Shown: positions 30,297 through 40,928, counted from the stretch's first letter. The stretch is DNA of 64,000 nucleotides from Nitrosopumilaceae archaeon (GCA_965207375.1 OZ242274.1:1440001-1504000); one strand, 5' to 3'. Notes: generated by a model from the sequence alone, not told the origin. Numbers and translations: made by a program.

Positions 30297-30707
30297 ATGA
30301 GCAAACTAGAAACTGACATTGAGGATCTCAGAACACAGGTCCTAACCATTGGAAAAACAATAGAAAAAGGTACAACACACAAACTCGAAAGGCCGTTTAT
30401 TGATAGTATCATATGTACCCTGCAATACTTTGGAGCAGATGATGCACAACTGAAAATGGCATCATTTGATCTGCACTTTGCAAAATACAAGATATACGAC
30501 TGGCTTGCAATGTGCTGTAACGGCCGAATGGGTGATGACCCTGCAGTACAGCTTGTCATATACAATATGGCAAAACTGTACATTACACAAAAAAATGTAG
30601 GAGGTTTTGCATGGTGGCTCCGTGGTCACGACCTAGACGTTGAGGCACCTGCAAGATGTCAAGACTGTATAGAATCATACAAAAACTGGAAGGAGGAGAT
30701 ACAATGA
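30297..30707 (+). CDS. Hypothetical protein
   Basis: AGGAGGT SD; 136 aa. Confidence 0.65.
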   Translation: MSKLETDIEDLRTQVLTIGKTIEKGTTHKLERPFIDSIICTLQYFGADDAQLKMASFDLHFAKYKIYDWLAMCCNGRMGDDPAVQLVIYNMAKLYITQKNVGGFAWWLRGHDLDVEAPARCQDCIESYKNWKEEIQ

Positions 30708-32764
30708 GTGTAAAAATATCAAAACCCGTAATTAGAGAAGAAAAGGCATGCGAAACAGGCCTTGATGTATCATATGCAGAAAAGCTAAACCAGGCAGTGG
30801 GAACAGACGGACTTATCCCTGTACAACTCGAACAAGACGTCATTATCAGCAGGATTTCACATGACCTGTATGCCAATCCACAGTCAGGTGTAAGGGAATT
30901 ACTTGCAAATGAAATCAGGGCATGTCAGGAGACTGCATCAGAACATGACGCAAAACCACGTATCGAGGTATCTATAAACCATCAAAATCGAGAGTTTGTC
31001 ATACACGGTATAGATTCCAAGGGTATCGAGCAAGAAAGATTCCTAGAAGTTCTAGCAGTCCTTGGACGCAGTGACAACTTTGACCGTAGCAAGCCCGGAC
31101 AATTTGGCATGGGATTTGCCTCATATACCTGTCTGTCTGATATTGTTTTTATCGAGACATTTGCTAGAAACGGCGACAAGTACAGCGTCATGGGAAAGGG
31201 TGGCATGGGATTTCAAATCCTAGACAAGCCAGAGATGACACATTACGGAACAAAACTCCGCATGACTTTGAACAAAAAGGTCGACATTGATAAAATAACA
31301 AAAACCATAGAGGCATGTGCAACGTTACACGGTATACCTACAACACTAAACGTGACAGAAACATCTGGAATCACAAGATGTGTTGTTATACAACAAAGGA
31401 AACTAGAGGACTTTGTAAATACCCAAACTACCACAAACTCTGAGAGAAAACATCGTACACATCATGCAGTAACACTTGAAAACGAAAACATCGCAGCCTG
31501 TATGCGGTTTTCAAAGCATGGTCATTATGGTACACCAAAGATACATACATTTCTAGCAGGTATGCCAATAGAATTTACCTACACTGGTAAACATGGTGGC
31601 ATCGTTGAATTGGCAATCAACGTCAAAAGAGAGGATATTTTTACACCAACACCAGACAGAGAAAGATTCACAGAAGAATCATCAAGCCTGATAAGAAAAG
31701 AGTTAGATGGATTAGTAGATGCAAAAATCTCTGAAATAAAGGTAAAAGGGATTTCAGAGTATATTGAAAATCCAGAGACCATATTGATTGATGGTGCAGG
31801 TGGAAACATTGAGATTGATGAACAAACACTAGACATCTCAAGACTAGTCAATCGGAGCCGTCATACAAATGAGCGTGATAACTGGATACGTCTAAACGAC
31901 ATAAAAGACATACAAAAGTGCCTTGTCACAAAGTCACTTACAGCAAAAAAGATAGCAGCAGTCAGAAACTATGATTCTGAAATTAACGTAGTTAGAGCAG
32001 ACGATAACACTGACTATGAAAACATGATGTATCATGGACTGACAGACCTAAACGCATACATCAAAAACCACAAAATAAAGGTGGATAACACCAAGAGCAA
32101 AAAACGAATGCGTGTATTCTACCTCCAACCGTACTCTTATGGAAGATACAAGGAAACTTGTACCTCAGATGATCTTCCAGAGGGGACGATCATAGTAGGT
32201 GATGCATTTGATGTATTGTGTGGCATTGCAGCGATACAGCGGGGAGTAAATGACACTTACCACCTTGCTGTAAAGGCTAAAACTGCATCAAGTGGAATTA
32301 CTTTGGAGCAGTTTATACATGAATCAGGCAGATATCTATACAACACCAATATTGGCATAATGACTGCTGCACAAATACGAGACTGCAAAAAACCTGTGGT
32401 AATAACAGACCAGACCTTTGGGAGTCTATTTGGTTCACATAAAATCATAGTGAGGAAAAACCAATATGCTTTCAGACTCGCAGTCGTATTGAATAACCAA
32501 TTCCAGGATCATATACTGTATCGTGATCTCACACCAGAAAACATCAATCAGTTACAGTTGATGTTTCCAAACAAAAATCTAAAAGATCACACAGATGGCA
32601 AAACACTAGACATGATAAACTATACGCCATACATACAAAGTGACATCATCAAAAAATACATACCGCGTTTGTTTGATTTGACATCTTACTATCAAGAATC
32701 GATGCTTGAGGTGCTGATGAAAATGGACAAAGAAATCATGGCTTTAAAAAAAGACCATGAATGA
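30704..32764 (+). CDS. GHKL (Hsp90-like, phage rIIA-like) ATPase-domain protein
   Basis: LYANPQSGVRELLAN, DSKGI, GQFGMGF and GTKL GHKL motifs. Confidence 0.8.
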   Translation: MSVKISKPVIREEKACETGLDVSYAEKLNQAVGTDGLIPVQLEQDVIISRISHDLYANPQSGVRELLANEIRACQETASEHDAKPRIEVSINHQNREFVIHGIDSKGIEQERFLEVLAVLGRSDNFDRSKPGQFGMGFASYTCLSDIVFIETFARNGDKYSVMGKGGMGFQILDKPEMTHYGTKLRMTLNKKVDIDKITKTIEACATLHGIPTTLNVTETSGITRCVVIQQRKLEDFVNTQTTTNSERKHRTHHAVTLENENIAACMRFSKHGHYGTPKIHTFLAGMPIEFTYTGKHGGIVELAINVKREDIFTPTPDRERFTEESSSLIRKELDGLVDAKISEIKVKGISEYIENPETILIDGAGGNIEIDEQTLDISRLVNRSRHTNERDNWIRLNDIKDIQKCLVTKSLTAKKIAAVRNYDSEINVVRADDNTDYENMMYHGLTDLNAYIKNHKIKVDNTKSKKRMRVFYLQPYSYGRYKETCTSDDLPEGTIIVGDAFDVLCGIAAIQRGVNDTYHLAVKAKTASSGITLEQFIHESGRYLYNTNIGIMTAAQIRDCKKPVVITDQTFGSLFGSHKIIVRKNQYAFRLAVVLNNQFQDHILYRDLTPENINQLQLMFPNKNLKDHTDGKTLDMINYTPYIQSDIIKKYIPRLFDLTSYYQESMLEVLMKMDKEIMALKKDHE

Positions 32765-33081
32765 AACCGGAATAAAACTTTGGGCAATTACTACAACAGA
32801 CAAAAAACATACAGATAGAGGCTGACATCCTTGCAGGGTCGTACAAGTCAACAATACTCAAACTGTGCACATATCTCAAGTCGATAAAGCCTATACGGGA
32901 GATAAAAATGCGTGATACTTGGATGTCGTATCTGTTGTATGGTACAACAGACTATACCAAAGATATTTGCAAGTCCGAGATATCGGCACATCAACATGTC
33001 TTGTTGCATTCAAGCTGAATGTACAGACTACATCTGTGAGAAGATACGTATCCCAATTTCCTGAAACTAGGAGGTAATCTA

Positions 33082-33369
33082 ATGGAAAAAATACACTACT
33101 ATGCAGACGCAGGCCATGGCTGGCTCAGAGTACCTGTAATAGAACTGATACATTTGAAAATACACAAAAAGATAACTATACACTCGTACATGAGAGGCAG
33201 ATGGGTATATCTTGAAGAGGATCTTGATGCAGTAACCTACCTTGATGCAGTAAAATTACGCCCTAAAATTGTACAGCATGTATCAGATGGTTTTAGCACA
33301 ATACGCAAATTTGATTCGTTTAATGTAGAGAATTGGTTACAAAAAAACGAATTGGAGGTTATATCATGA
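33082..33369 (+). CDS. Conserved phage-type hypothetical protein
   Basis: DAGHGWLRV...YLEEDLDA. Confidence 0.7.
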   Translation: MEKIHYYADAGHGWLRVPVIELIHLKIHKKITIHSYMRGRWVYLEEDLDAVTYLDAVKLRPKIVQHVSDGFSTIRKFDSFNVENWLQKNELEVIS

Positions 33370-33620
33370 CTGAAATGAACAAAAACGGTATAGTACAGTA
33401 TTTACACTGTGCAAAATGTATGCAAGAGATTCCAGATGGCTGCGTGCCTGCACTGTATCAGCGTGTCAATGTCGGATTTACCGTCAAAGGACTCCAGATA
33501 TGGTGTGTACGTCACGGAATCAATGTACTGCATGTGGACTTTGAGGGTGTAAAACATCCTGTAGACCTTACTGCTGGCAAGCCAGAAATGCCTGAATCTG
33601 TCTGTGAGGAACTCAGATGA
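33366..33620 (+). CDS. Conserved hypothetical protein
   Basis: HCAKC...GFTVKGLQIWCVRH. Confidence 0.65.
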   Translation: MTEMNKNGIVQYLHCAKCMQEIPDGCVPALYQRVNVGFTVKGLQIWCVRHGINVLHVDFEGVKHPVDLTAGKPEMPESVCEELR

Positions 33621-34066
33621 GTCCTGACAGGATACCAGATGAGTCTGAAAAAAGGACTCGAAAAGAAAAGATCAGAGACCATGCAGAGGTAATCATCAAA
33701 AGGCCCATGGGTTGGTTGTTTATGGTGTTTGTGTACTTTGGGACATTTCTGATTATAATTGATGCCCCAAATACATGGCCTATAATGCAGGATCTACCCA
33801 TATTCGGTGTCTTTATTATTCCAGGGTTCGTAGGAGTAATCATGTTGCTGGTAACAAAGCAAGAGGTTAGAGAGATACGCGGTCGTTTTACCAACATAGA
33901 TGCAAAACTTGATAAAATTGATACAAGGCTTGAGAATATCGAGAAAACAATGGATACAAGGCTTGAGAATATCGAGAAAACAATGGATACAAGGCTTGGT
34001 ACAATAGAAAAGACACTCGTCTCAATGTATCATTTGTTAGATGAACGTCTGCCAAAACGTGTATAG
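33617..34066 (+). CDS. Two-TM protein with coiled-coil tail
   Basis: Two hydrophobic helices; DTRLENIEKTM repeats. Confidence 0.75.
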   Translation: MSPDRIPDESEKRTRKEKIRDHAEVIIKRPMGWLFMVFVYFGTFLIIIDAPNTWPIMQDLPIFGVFIIPGFVGVIMLLVTKQEVREIRGRFTNIDAKLDKIDTRLENIEKTMDTRLENIEKTMDTRLGTIEKTLVSMYHLLDERLPKRV

Positions 34067-34070
34067 GTGA

Positions 34071-34370
34071 ATGTTTATGCTGTTACTGACACAAAAAGAG
34101 GTTAGAGAGATACGCGGTCGTTTTACCAACATAGATGTAAAACTTGAAAACATCGAGAAAACACTGGACACAAGGCTTGGTAGTATGGATACAAGGCTTG
34201 GTAGTATGGATACAAGGCTTGGTAGTATGGATACAAGGCTTGGTAGTATGGATACAAGGCTTGGTAGTATGGATACAAGGCTTGGTAGTATGGATACAAG
34301 GCTTGAGAATATTGAAAAGACACTCGTCTCAATGTATCATTTGTTAGATGAACGTCTGCCAAAACAATGA
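34071..34370 (+). CDS. Tandem paralog lacking TM helices, with expanded heptads
   Basis: Six 21-bp repeats (GSMDTRL) at 34171-34305. Confidence 0.65.
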   Translation: MFMLLLTQKEVREIRGRFTNIDVKLENIEKTLDTRLGSMDTRLGSMDTRLGSMDTRLGSMDTRLGSMDTRLGSMDTRLENIEKTLVSMYHLLDERLPKQ

Positions 34371-34694
34371 CGTTATCTGCAAAGATACTTGTCAAAATTT
34401 TTGAAAGATTAACAGAACCCAAATCAAAGAGAGCACTCAGACGGCTATACAAAGAAAGCAGTCAAGCAGGAAGAAAGGCGTGACTATACAGCACACCACA
34501 AACAAAAAAAATCCTAGAATCATTTCCAAAAGTGGCTGATACTTATGACACAAGTATCTGCACATTTGTAATGGTTCTAGACAATTTAAAACAAAACAAA
34601 TGCGAGCAATTAATCAAGCTCGTACTACATGGTGGAGGAGATGCAAAAAAGGCACTACAATTTAGTGCTGTATACTCCAACCATAGCAGGGAAA

Positions 34695-34880
34695 TCCCCC
34701 TGATGAATTTGTGATATTGTACTGTTCTCTGAAAAATGGGAATTACATGTCATAAATGCTCCGTGAATCTAACACGGGGTTGACCGGGTCCTATATAGGG
34801 TCTGTGTCGAAACTCAAAGATGTATTTTACATCGGTGCAGTATCAGATGTTTTACATCTGTACTGCCTTTGAGTCGGGGA
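34695..34880 (+). ncRNA. Hammerhead ribozyme variant 2 (type I, branched stem II)
   Basis: TCCCC-CTGATGA...GAAA-CTCAAAG/CTTTGAG-TC^GGGGA; GUC triplet ending 34875. Confidence 0.75.
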
Positions 34881-35589
34881 AACAAAACACCAAAATCTCT
34901 TCTATCTGTATCGTCTTGAGAAACAATGATGATTTCGTCAGGGGCGACCTGAAAACAGATGGGGTGTTTCCCCCAGATTAAACGGCATAGTCGTCAAAAA
35001 TAAAAATAATAGTATCTGTTAACGTTGTTTTGAATTTATGATATTCTAGGCATGAAATTACTTTGTCAAAAGATAGAATAAAAATTTAGAGGTGACGTTA
35101 ACACTTATGGTACATCTATTATTTTTAGGACATGATTTCCATGCTTCTGTGTACCCTTACCCAAATCAACACCGTTGACACATCTACTGTTGGCTCTTAC
35201 ACTGTAACATACAGCTGTACTGATGATACAGGAAACGCCGCAGTACTGCAGGTTCGTAACGTAAATGTAATTTCGGTACCTGATATGCCAACTAATCTCG
35301 TAGCTGTTGCAGAAAATATGCGTGTCTTACTATCTTGGATTGCACCAATTGATAATGGTGGCTCACCTATAACAGGATATATGATACACCACAAGACATC
35401 AACAGATCCATGGCCTGGTACGGTATCTATTGTAAATAATGTCACATCCTATGTCGTACCGAATCTGACCAATGACATACAGTATGATTTCAGAATTAAC
35501 GCAACAAATGACGCAGGAACAGGTGTATCCTTTAATATTGTTAGTGTAACATTGGAATGGACTAGCTCCAAATCTGTATTTAAAAAAAC

Positions 35590-37095
35590 GTAAGTGTTTA
35601 CGCCGTGCCTAGATTTTGACCATTTACGATCAAATTTTTGGCAACATGATCTAAATGAGGTCAAATAGTCAAACCATACATTGCCAGATTACAAAAAACT
35701 CTACAAAGCCGAACGAACTAAGAATCTAAAACTCGAACAGATAATAGAGATAAAACATGACAACGAAAAAAAACTAAAAGATACAGTAAAAGAACAACAA
35801 AATGACATACACAATTTGAAAATTATTACAACTGATCTTAATAAGAGACTCCAATTTTATGATAACGCACATACTCCACCATCACGTAAGATGCCAGAAA
35901 AGAAAAAAACTGAGAATAAAAACAAGGATAAAAACAAGAAAACAACAGGTGAGCGAGGAGCACCAAAGGGACACAAAGGTGCAACAAACAAGCCAAAACC
36001 TACAAAATTCAAACAACACACGCCAGCAAAATGTCCAGAGTGTGCTCAAAAGATCTTAAAATTATCAAAACACAGATACGTGACATTACAGAGGTACCAC
36101 CACAGGTACAACCTGAAACAACACGTCATCATGTAGATTTGTGTTCATGTAAAAGCTGTGGCAAAAAAGACATAATCCCAGAGACTGATTTTCCTAAAAA
36201 AGGCAATTATGGCAACAATATAGTGACACAGGCAGTAGCAAATTATATCGACAGACTGCCCCACCGCAGAAACGCAGAAGCATTGACCTTGAGGGGAATC
36301 AAAATATCTCCAGCTTCTGCACACAACATAATAACAATGGTTGGTGCGTGCCTAACGGCACCCACAAAACAACTCCTAAAGGCAATCAGGGCTGCAGTCC
36401 TGTTACACATAGATGAGACATCAATACACCTAAACGGCAAAAACGTATGGGCGTGGGTATTTTACATTCCAGGTACAAATACTGCACTGTATGTGCTACG
36501 ACCTAGCAGGGGAAGAGACGTACTCGAAGAGATACTGGGATCTGACTGGAAGGGAACAATCATCTGTGACGGACACAAACCGTACATCGTATACGATATC
36601 CAAAGATGCTGGGCTCACATCATGCGTGAGATGCATCACGAGACACAAAAATGCGGATGTAAAAAATGTCTGGGTGCACTAGAGGCTCTCAAAAAAATCT
36701 ATGAAGATGCAAAAGATACCATAACTGCACGTATCTCGTATAAACGGCGCAAAAAAATACGGCGCAATCTGTATCGTCGTGTAAAGAGGATTATTGATAC
36801 ATACACTCCATTGCACAATCTCAAAAGATTCATGGGAAAGCTGGGACGAGCCCTCCCAAACCTGTTCAGGTTTGTGCTGGATCCTACCATACCTCCTACC
36901 AACAATGCAGCAGAACGTGCACTGCGTGAGATTGTCGTACACAGAAAAATACGAGGTGGAATCAGATCTGAGAAAAGCATGGAGACATTGGGCAATCTGT
37001 TTTCATGTGTGATGACGTGGAGAAATGCTGGATTAAATTATCTAGAAGAGATGGTAAAATACCTCTAGATGGGTAAAAACGACGTTAACACTTAC
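35590..37095 (+). mobile_element. IS66-family element (single-ORF type)
   Basis: Ends GTAAGTGTTTACG / CGTTAACACTTAC; 8-bp TSD AAAAAAAC. Confidence 0.9.
35681..37068 (+). pseudogene. IS66 transposase, frameshifted near 36045
   Basis: TPPS, HIDET, QRCWAH and TNNAAERALR motifs split over two frames inside the CPEC Zn finger. Confidence 0.85.
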
Positions 37096-37688
37096 AAAAA
37101 AACAGATATTGTATCTGATATGATTCCTCCTGTAATTGAAATAATAGGTTCTGATACCATCACAATAAACAAAGATTCTGTATTTTCAAATGTAGATGCA
37201 CTAAAAGATGTACGCTGTACCGATGACATGGATTCAAACCCTTCCCTTACGGTTGATACAAGTAGAGTTACTACTGCTACTGTAGGTGATTACACAATAG
37301 TGTACAGATGTGTAGACCATTCTGGTAATCATGCCGAACCTCAGATTAGGACGATACACATAGTTGATACAGTTGAAAACAAAAATATTTCTGACAGATC
37401 ATCTAGTCCGAGTACAACATCGTCTCGAGTCGGAGGTGGTGGTGGATTTACCTTGGGTCCTGTAGCAGTTGCATACAATCAATGTGGTATACATAACAAC
37501 TTTGTTCTTGTTGCAGCTACATATGGAGACAATCTTGCAGCATCAGTATCTTATGGAGAAACTACAATTCTAGGACAAATTACAATGTCGATATTTCAGA
37601 ATATGTCTCAAAGCGCACTCCGGCAAAATTGTATGCGTTTGATTTTGTAAATATGCCTACAGACGTATCCTCCTTTAAGCTAAATGTG

Positions 37689-39238
37689 TAGTAATCGCAA
37701 AAAAGAATGGAACGCTTTCTGGCTGTAGCCTGTGCTATTAGATTTCAGCCACAGGTAAAACGCAAAATCATGACAGAATATGGGCAAATTCATAAAATCA
37801 AACATGTTGTGGCATGTTTTGGTATATTGGTGCAGTTTTGAGCTTAGGTTACCCTGAAAAGACAACCCTTGAAATCCTGATATGTTTTTCAGATTACAGA
37901 TGTCTGAAGGACGTTTTTGGCCTGATCTATTGCATCAAGCATGTATTTGAACAGCTTTACAGTTGCCACCTCGCCTGATTTTATGAGTTGTTTTATGGTA
38001 TCATGCATTTTTTCAAAGCTGCCAAAGTATCTTCCTGCAATGGCCCGTTTGATCTCACGCCACATCATCTCTATTGGATTGTGCTGTGGGGTGTACGGTG
38101 GAAGGTACCACAGGACAACATCGCCGCATGCCTTTTCCAAATACTCTTTGATCTTTTTGGATTTGTGGCCACTTGCATTATCACATATCACAAAGACTCT
38201 GCCATGCTTTTTACGTATCTGTTCAAGTAAATCTATGACACTATCAGATCCAACGTCGTCATAAAAATCCAAGACTAGTCCGTCTTGACCGAGTGCGCCT
38301 ATTGCCTTTGTGGTAGCAGTCTTAAAGTTAGACTTTACAGTTTCATGTCCACCTATGGGACGAATCCCACGAGCAGAAAACGGCGAGTCGGCAAATCCTA
38401 CAGCATCCAAACAACATATGGCATAATCAGCAGATGCATGTGACGTAATTGCTTGTATGGTGTTTGACACGTATTTGTCAATTGTCTCCTTGTCAGGTGT
38501 ATTGTATGGTACGGATCTAGGCACTCTGATGGAATAACCCATGCCATACGCAAGTGCAAGAGCTCCTGATGCACTGTATTGTGTACCATAATTGTTCTCA
38601 ATGTGTACTCCAAGCAGTCTAGCAGTCCAGTTTGAGCGCTCAAAACCGCTGCACATTGGATCCTGGACAAGAGATATTCTGACTGCCTCCTGTTGTACCT
38701 TTGAGAGCTTGCAGGGTCTTCCGGTACTCTTGCCGTCAAGTATCGCATCAGGTCCTTCTTTTTGCATCCTGTTGAGCCATCTTGAGATGCTGCCCTTACC
38801 TCGTCCTAGAATTTTACGTATAGATTCTAGATCTAGGCCCTGTCTGCGCAGCAGTGCTGCCTGTAGCCGCTCACGCGACTTGCCTGAGTGCTCTGCCTTT
38901 AGGCGATGTTCCATCTCAGACGTAGTGGTACCTTTGAGAAACTCTATTCCTCTCTTTACCCCTGAGGATGGCTTCATAAAATATCGTCCTCCCAACATGG
39001 GCAGTTAAATATGGCATTATCAAGTGTATCTTGATGTGCCTTTAGCTGTTGTATCATAATTGCTTCTAGGCACGTCAATCTTTTGTATCGCAAGTTCTAA
39101 TTTCATTGATCCCATACGTTACCAAATATGACAAAAATGCAACTAAGCAGGCACATTCCTGTCCAATTTGGCCCAAGATATGGGCATGCAGGCTCTTTTT
39201 TTCAGGAATTTGGGTTCCATTCTTTTTTCAAATTACTA
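37689..39238 (-). mobile_element. IS630-family element
   Basis: Imperfect IRs TAGTAAT..AAAAAAGAATGGAAC / GTTCCATTCTTTTTT..ATTACTA; TA at both ends. Confidence 0.8.
37889..38998 (-). CDS. IS630 transposase
   Basis: HTH, ICDNASGH and YLPPYTPQHNPIEMMW. Confidence 0.9.
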   Translation of the reverse strand: MLGGRYFMKPSSGVKRGIEFLKGTTTSEMEHRLKAEHSGKSRERLQAALLRRQGLDLESIRKILGRGKGSISRWLNRMQKEGPDAILDGKSTGRPCKLSKVQQEAVRISLVQDPMCSGFERSNWTARLLGVHIENNYGTQYSASGALALAYGMGYSIRVPRSVPYNTPDKETIDKYVSNTIQAITSHASADYAICCLDAVGFADSPFSARGIRPIGGHETVKSNFKTATTKAIGALGQDGLVLDFYDDVGSDSVIDLLEQIRKKHGRVFVICDNASGHKSKKIKEYLEKACGDVVLWYLPPYTPQHNPIEMMWREIKRAIAGRYFGSFEKMHDTIKQLIKSGEVATVKLFKYMLDAIDQAKNVLQTSVI

Positions 39239-39879
39239 TGTGTAATCTGCGGGTGTTTGGATGTGGGACATGAAGTTATAGAGACCTGAGAATGTGGACA
39301 CAAACAAAAAACTCAAAATCAAAGATGTGTCTTTATTTATTTTGAATTTAATAGTGAATCAATCTTTTGTTCTAGTCTATCTAACTTACCACAGTTCTCT
39401 TGTACTGCACTCTTCAATCCACTTACTGTATTCTTCAATCCACTTACTGTATTCTTCAATCCACTTACTTCATCTTTCATTTCCTTTATGGATGTATGAG
39501 TACTTTGCATTTCAACATTAAATGAATCAAATTTTGTACTCAATGTGTCTAATCGATTTATAATATCATCCATGAATTATACACATTATACGGTATTAAA
39601 AAAGCATCTGTTTTTTTAAAAATTGTTAATTACTTTCTATTTGCTTTAATACTTCTGCAATTTTAGGCCATAATGGACTAGAGTATTTCTTGCTATTTGC
39701 TTCAGCCTCTGTAGCCGTCATAGGATTGTCATGTTGTAATAATCCAAATCCTGCCAAAACTCTAGTTGATGGAAAGAACAAGTGGAAAACAATAATTCAA
39801 AATGCTAGTCTGTACAAGGAAAATTCTATCTAAGCGTGAAATTTCAATTTGGAGAAAATTAACACCCACAGATTACACA
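39239..39879. mobile_element. Possible non-autonomous IR-bounded element
   Basis: TGTGTAATCTGCGGGTGTT / AACACCCACAGATTACACA (18/19). Confidence 0.55.
39337..39573 (-). CDS. Small coiled-coil protein
   Basis: VSGLKNT heptads encoded by 21-bp repeats. Confidence 0.6.
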   Translation of the reverse strand: MDDIINRLDTLSTKFDSFNVEMQSTHTSIKEMKDEVSGLKNTVSGLKNTVSGLKSAVQENCGKLDRLEQKIDSLLNSK

Positions 39880-39955
39880 GAACCGATTTTTGAAAAATTA
39901 TTATACTAGTGTGTTATAGTATAATCGTGAACAAATTACTTTTTAAAACAAAAAC

Positions 39956-40132
39956 AATTAAAGTTTGTAAATTGCATTCTTTTTCACATGATAATTAAAG
40001 TTTGTAAATTGCATTCTTTTTCACATGATAATTAAAGTTTGTAAATTGCATTCTTTTTCACATGATAATTAAAGTTTGTAAATTGCATTCTTTTTCACAT
40101 GATAATTAAAGTTTGTAAATTGCATTCTTTTT
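39956..40132. repeat. 37-bp tandem repeat, ~4.8 copies
   Basis: AATTAAAGTTTGTAAATTGCATTCTTTTTCACATGAT, identical units, no spacers. Confidence 0.95.
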
Positions 40133-40928
40133 AAAATCAAATGAAAAATGCAGTAAACTTTTCTTGACCAAATAATTGTGTTAAAAATCAGTAAGAAAAG
40201 TCAATTTTTAGGCACATGTGGGCATGAATCTCAAATCAGAGACGAAGAAAAATTTTATGAAAAAATATGCATAAAAAGTGAATCTATCATAAATACCACG
40301 TTCAAACTATTTGATGATTTTTTATTGATAATGCCTGATACTGGGACATAAAGTGCCCAGATGAAATACACAAGGAGGTACTTGCAGAACGCGTTTTAAT
40401 TCAAAACAATAATGATAAAGAATCCTAATGTGTGCCCAGATAATATAATGATATCAAAAATAAAGCACAATGTAAAAAAGTACAAAATAAGAAATTACAT
40501 TTACATTTGAAGATTAAAATAATACGCCCACTTTATGCATATATTATGTACCTAACTGAGCAAACCTCTACCTGTCCACGTTTCCTGGCAATATTTTGCC
40601 ATGGCCCTGTCTGTTCCTATGCGTATGTGGCTATCTCTGGTAACATATCCTATACGATAAAACGCCCCCCCCCCCTTTTGTGAGGGGCAGCGCAGGTGCG
40701 ACTCTACAAAGAATCGTACGGTTTTGGAATTTGCAGATAAATCCAGGATGTTATGTGATACCTGTGTTGGTTTCATCAAACGTAACTCTAACATAATTAC
40801 AATTTTAGCTAAAAGTATAGAGTGTGGCAAGACAGAAAATTATGATACTATAAAACGCTGTCTCTGGTGCAGAAAACATCTCTGCAAACCATACATGAAA
40901 CAGCACACTCATCACACACGGAGAGACT

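Larger units (their letters stand above)
35132..37650 (+). pseudogene. Surface protein (Ig-like DUF5011 + FN3 domains) interrupted by IS66
   Basis: VDTSTVGSYTVTYSCTD and FN3 LSWIAPIDNGGSPITGY; continues after 37095 with a second Ig-like repeat. Confidence 0.75.

Noticed and set aside
34123-34452. Repetitive ORFs YQALYPY (minus strand) and WIQGLVV (alternate frame)
   Set aside because: Shadow frames of the 21-bp repeat in the coiled-coil gene.
36040-36060. Programmed frameshift in the IS66 transposase
   Set aside because: The break falls inside the Zn finger and looks like a 1-bp deletion; no clear slippery heptamer.
39956-40132. CRISPR array from 37-bp repeats
   Set aside because: Repeats are contiguous with no spacers.
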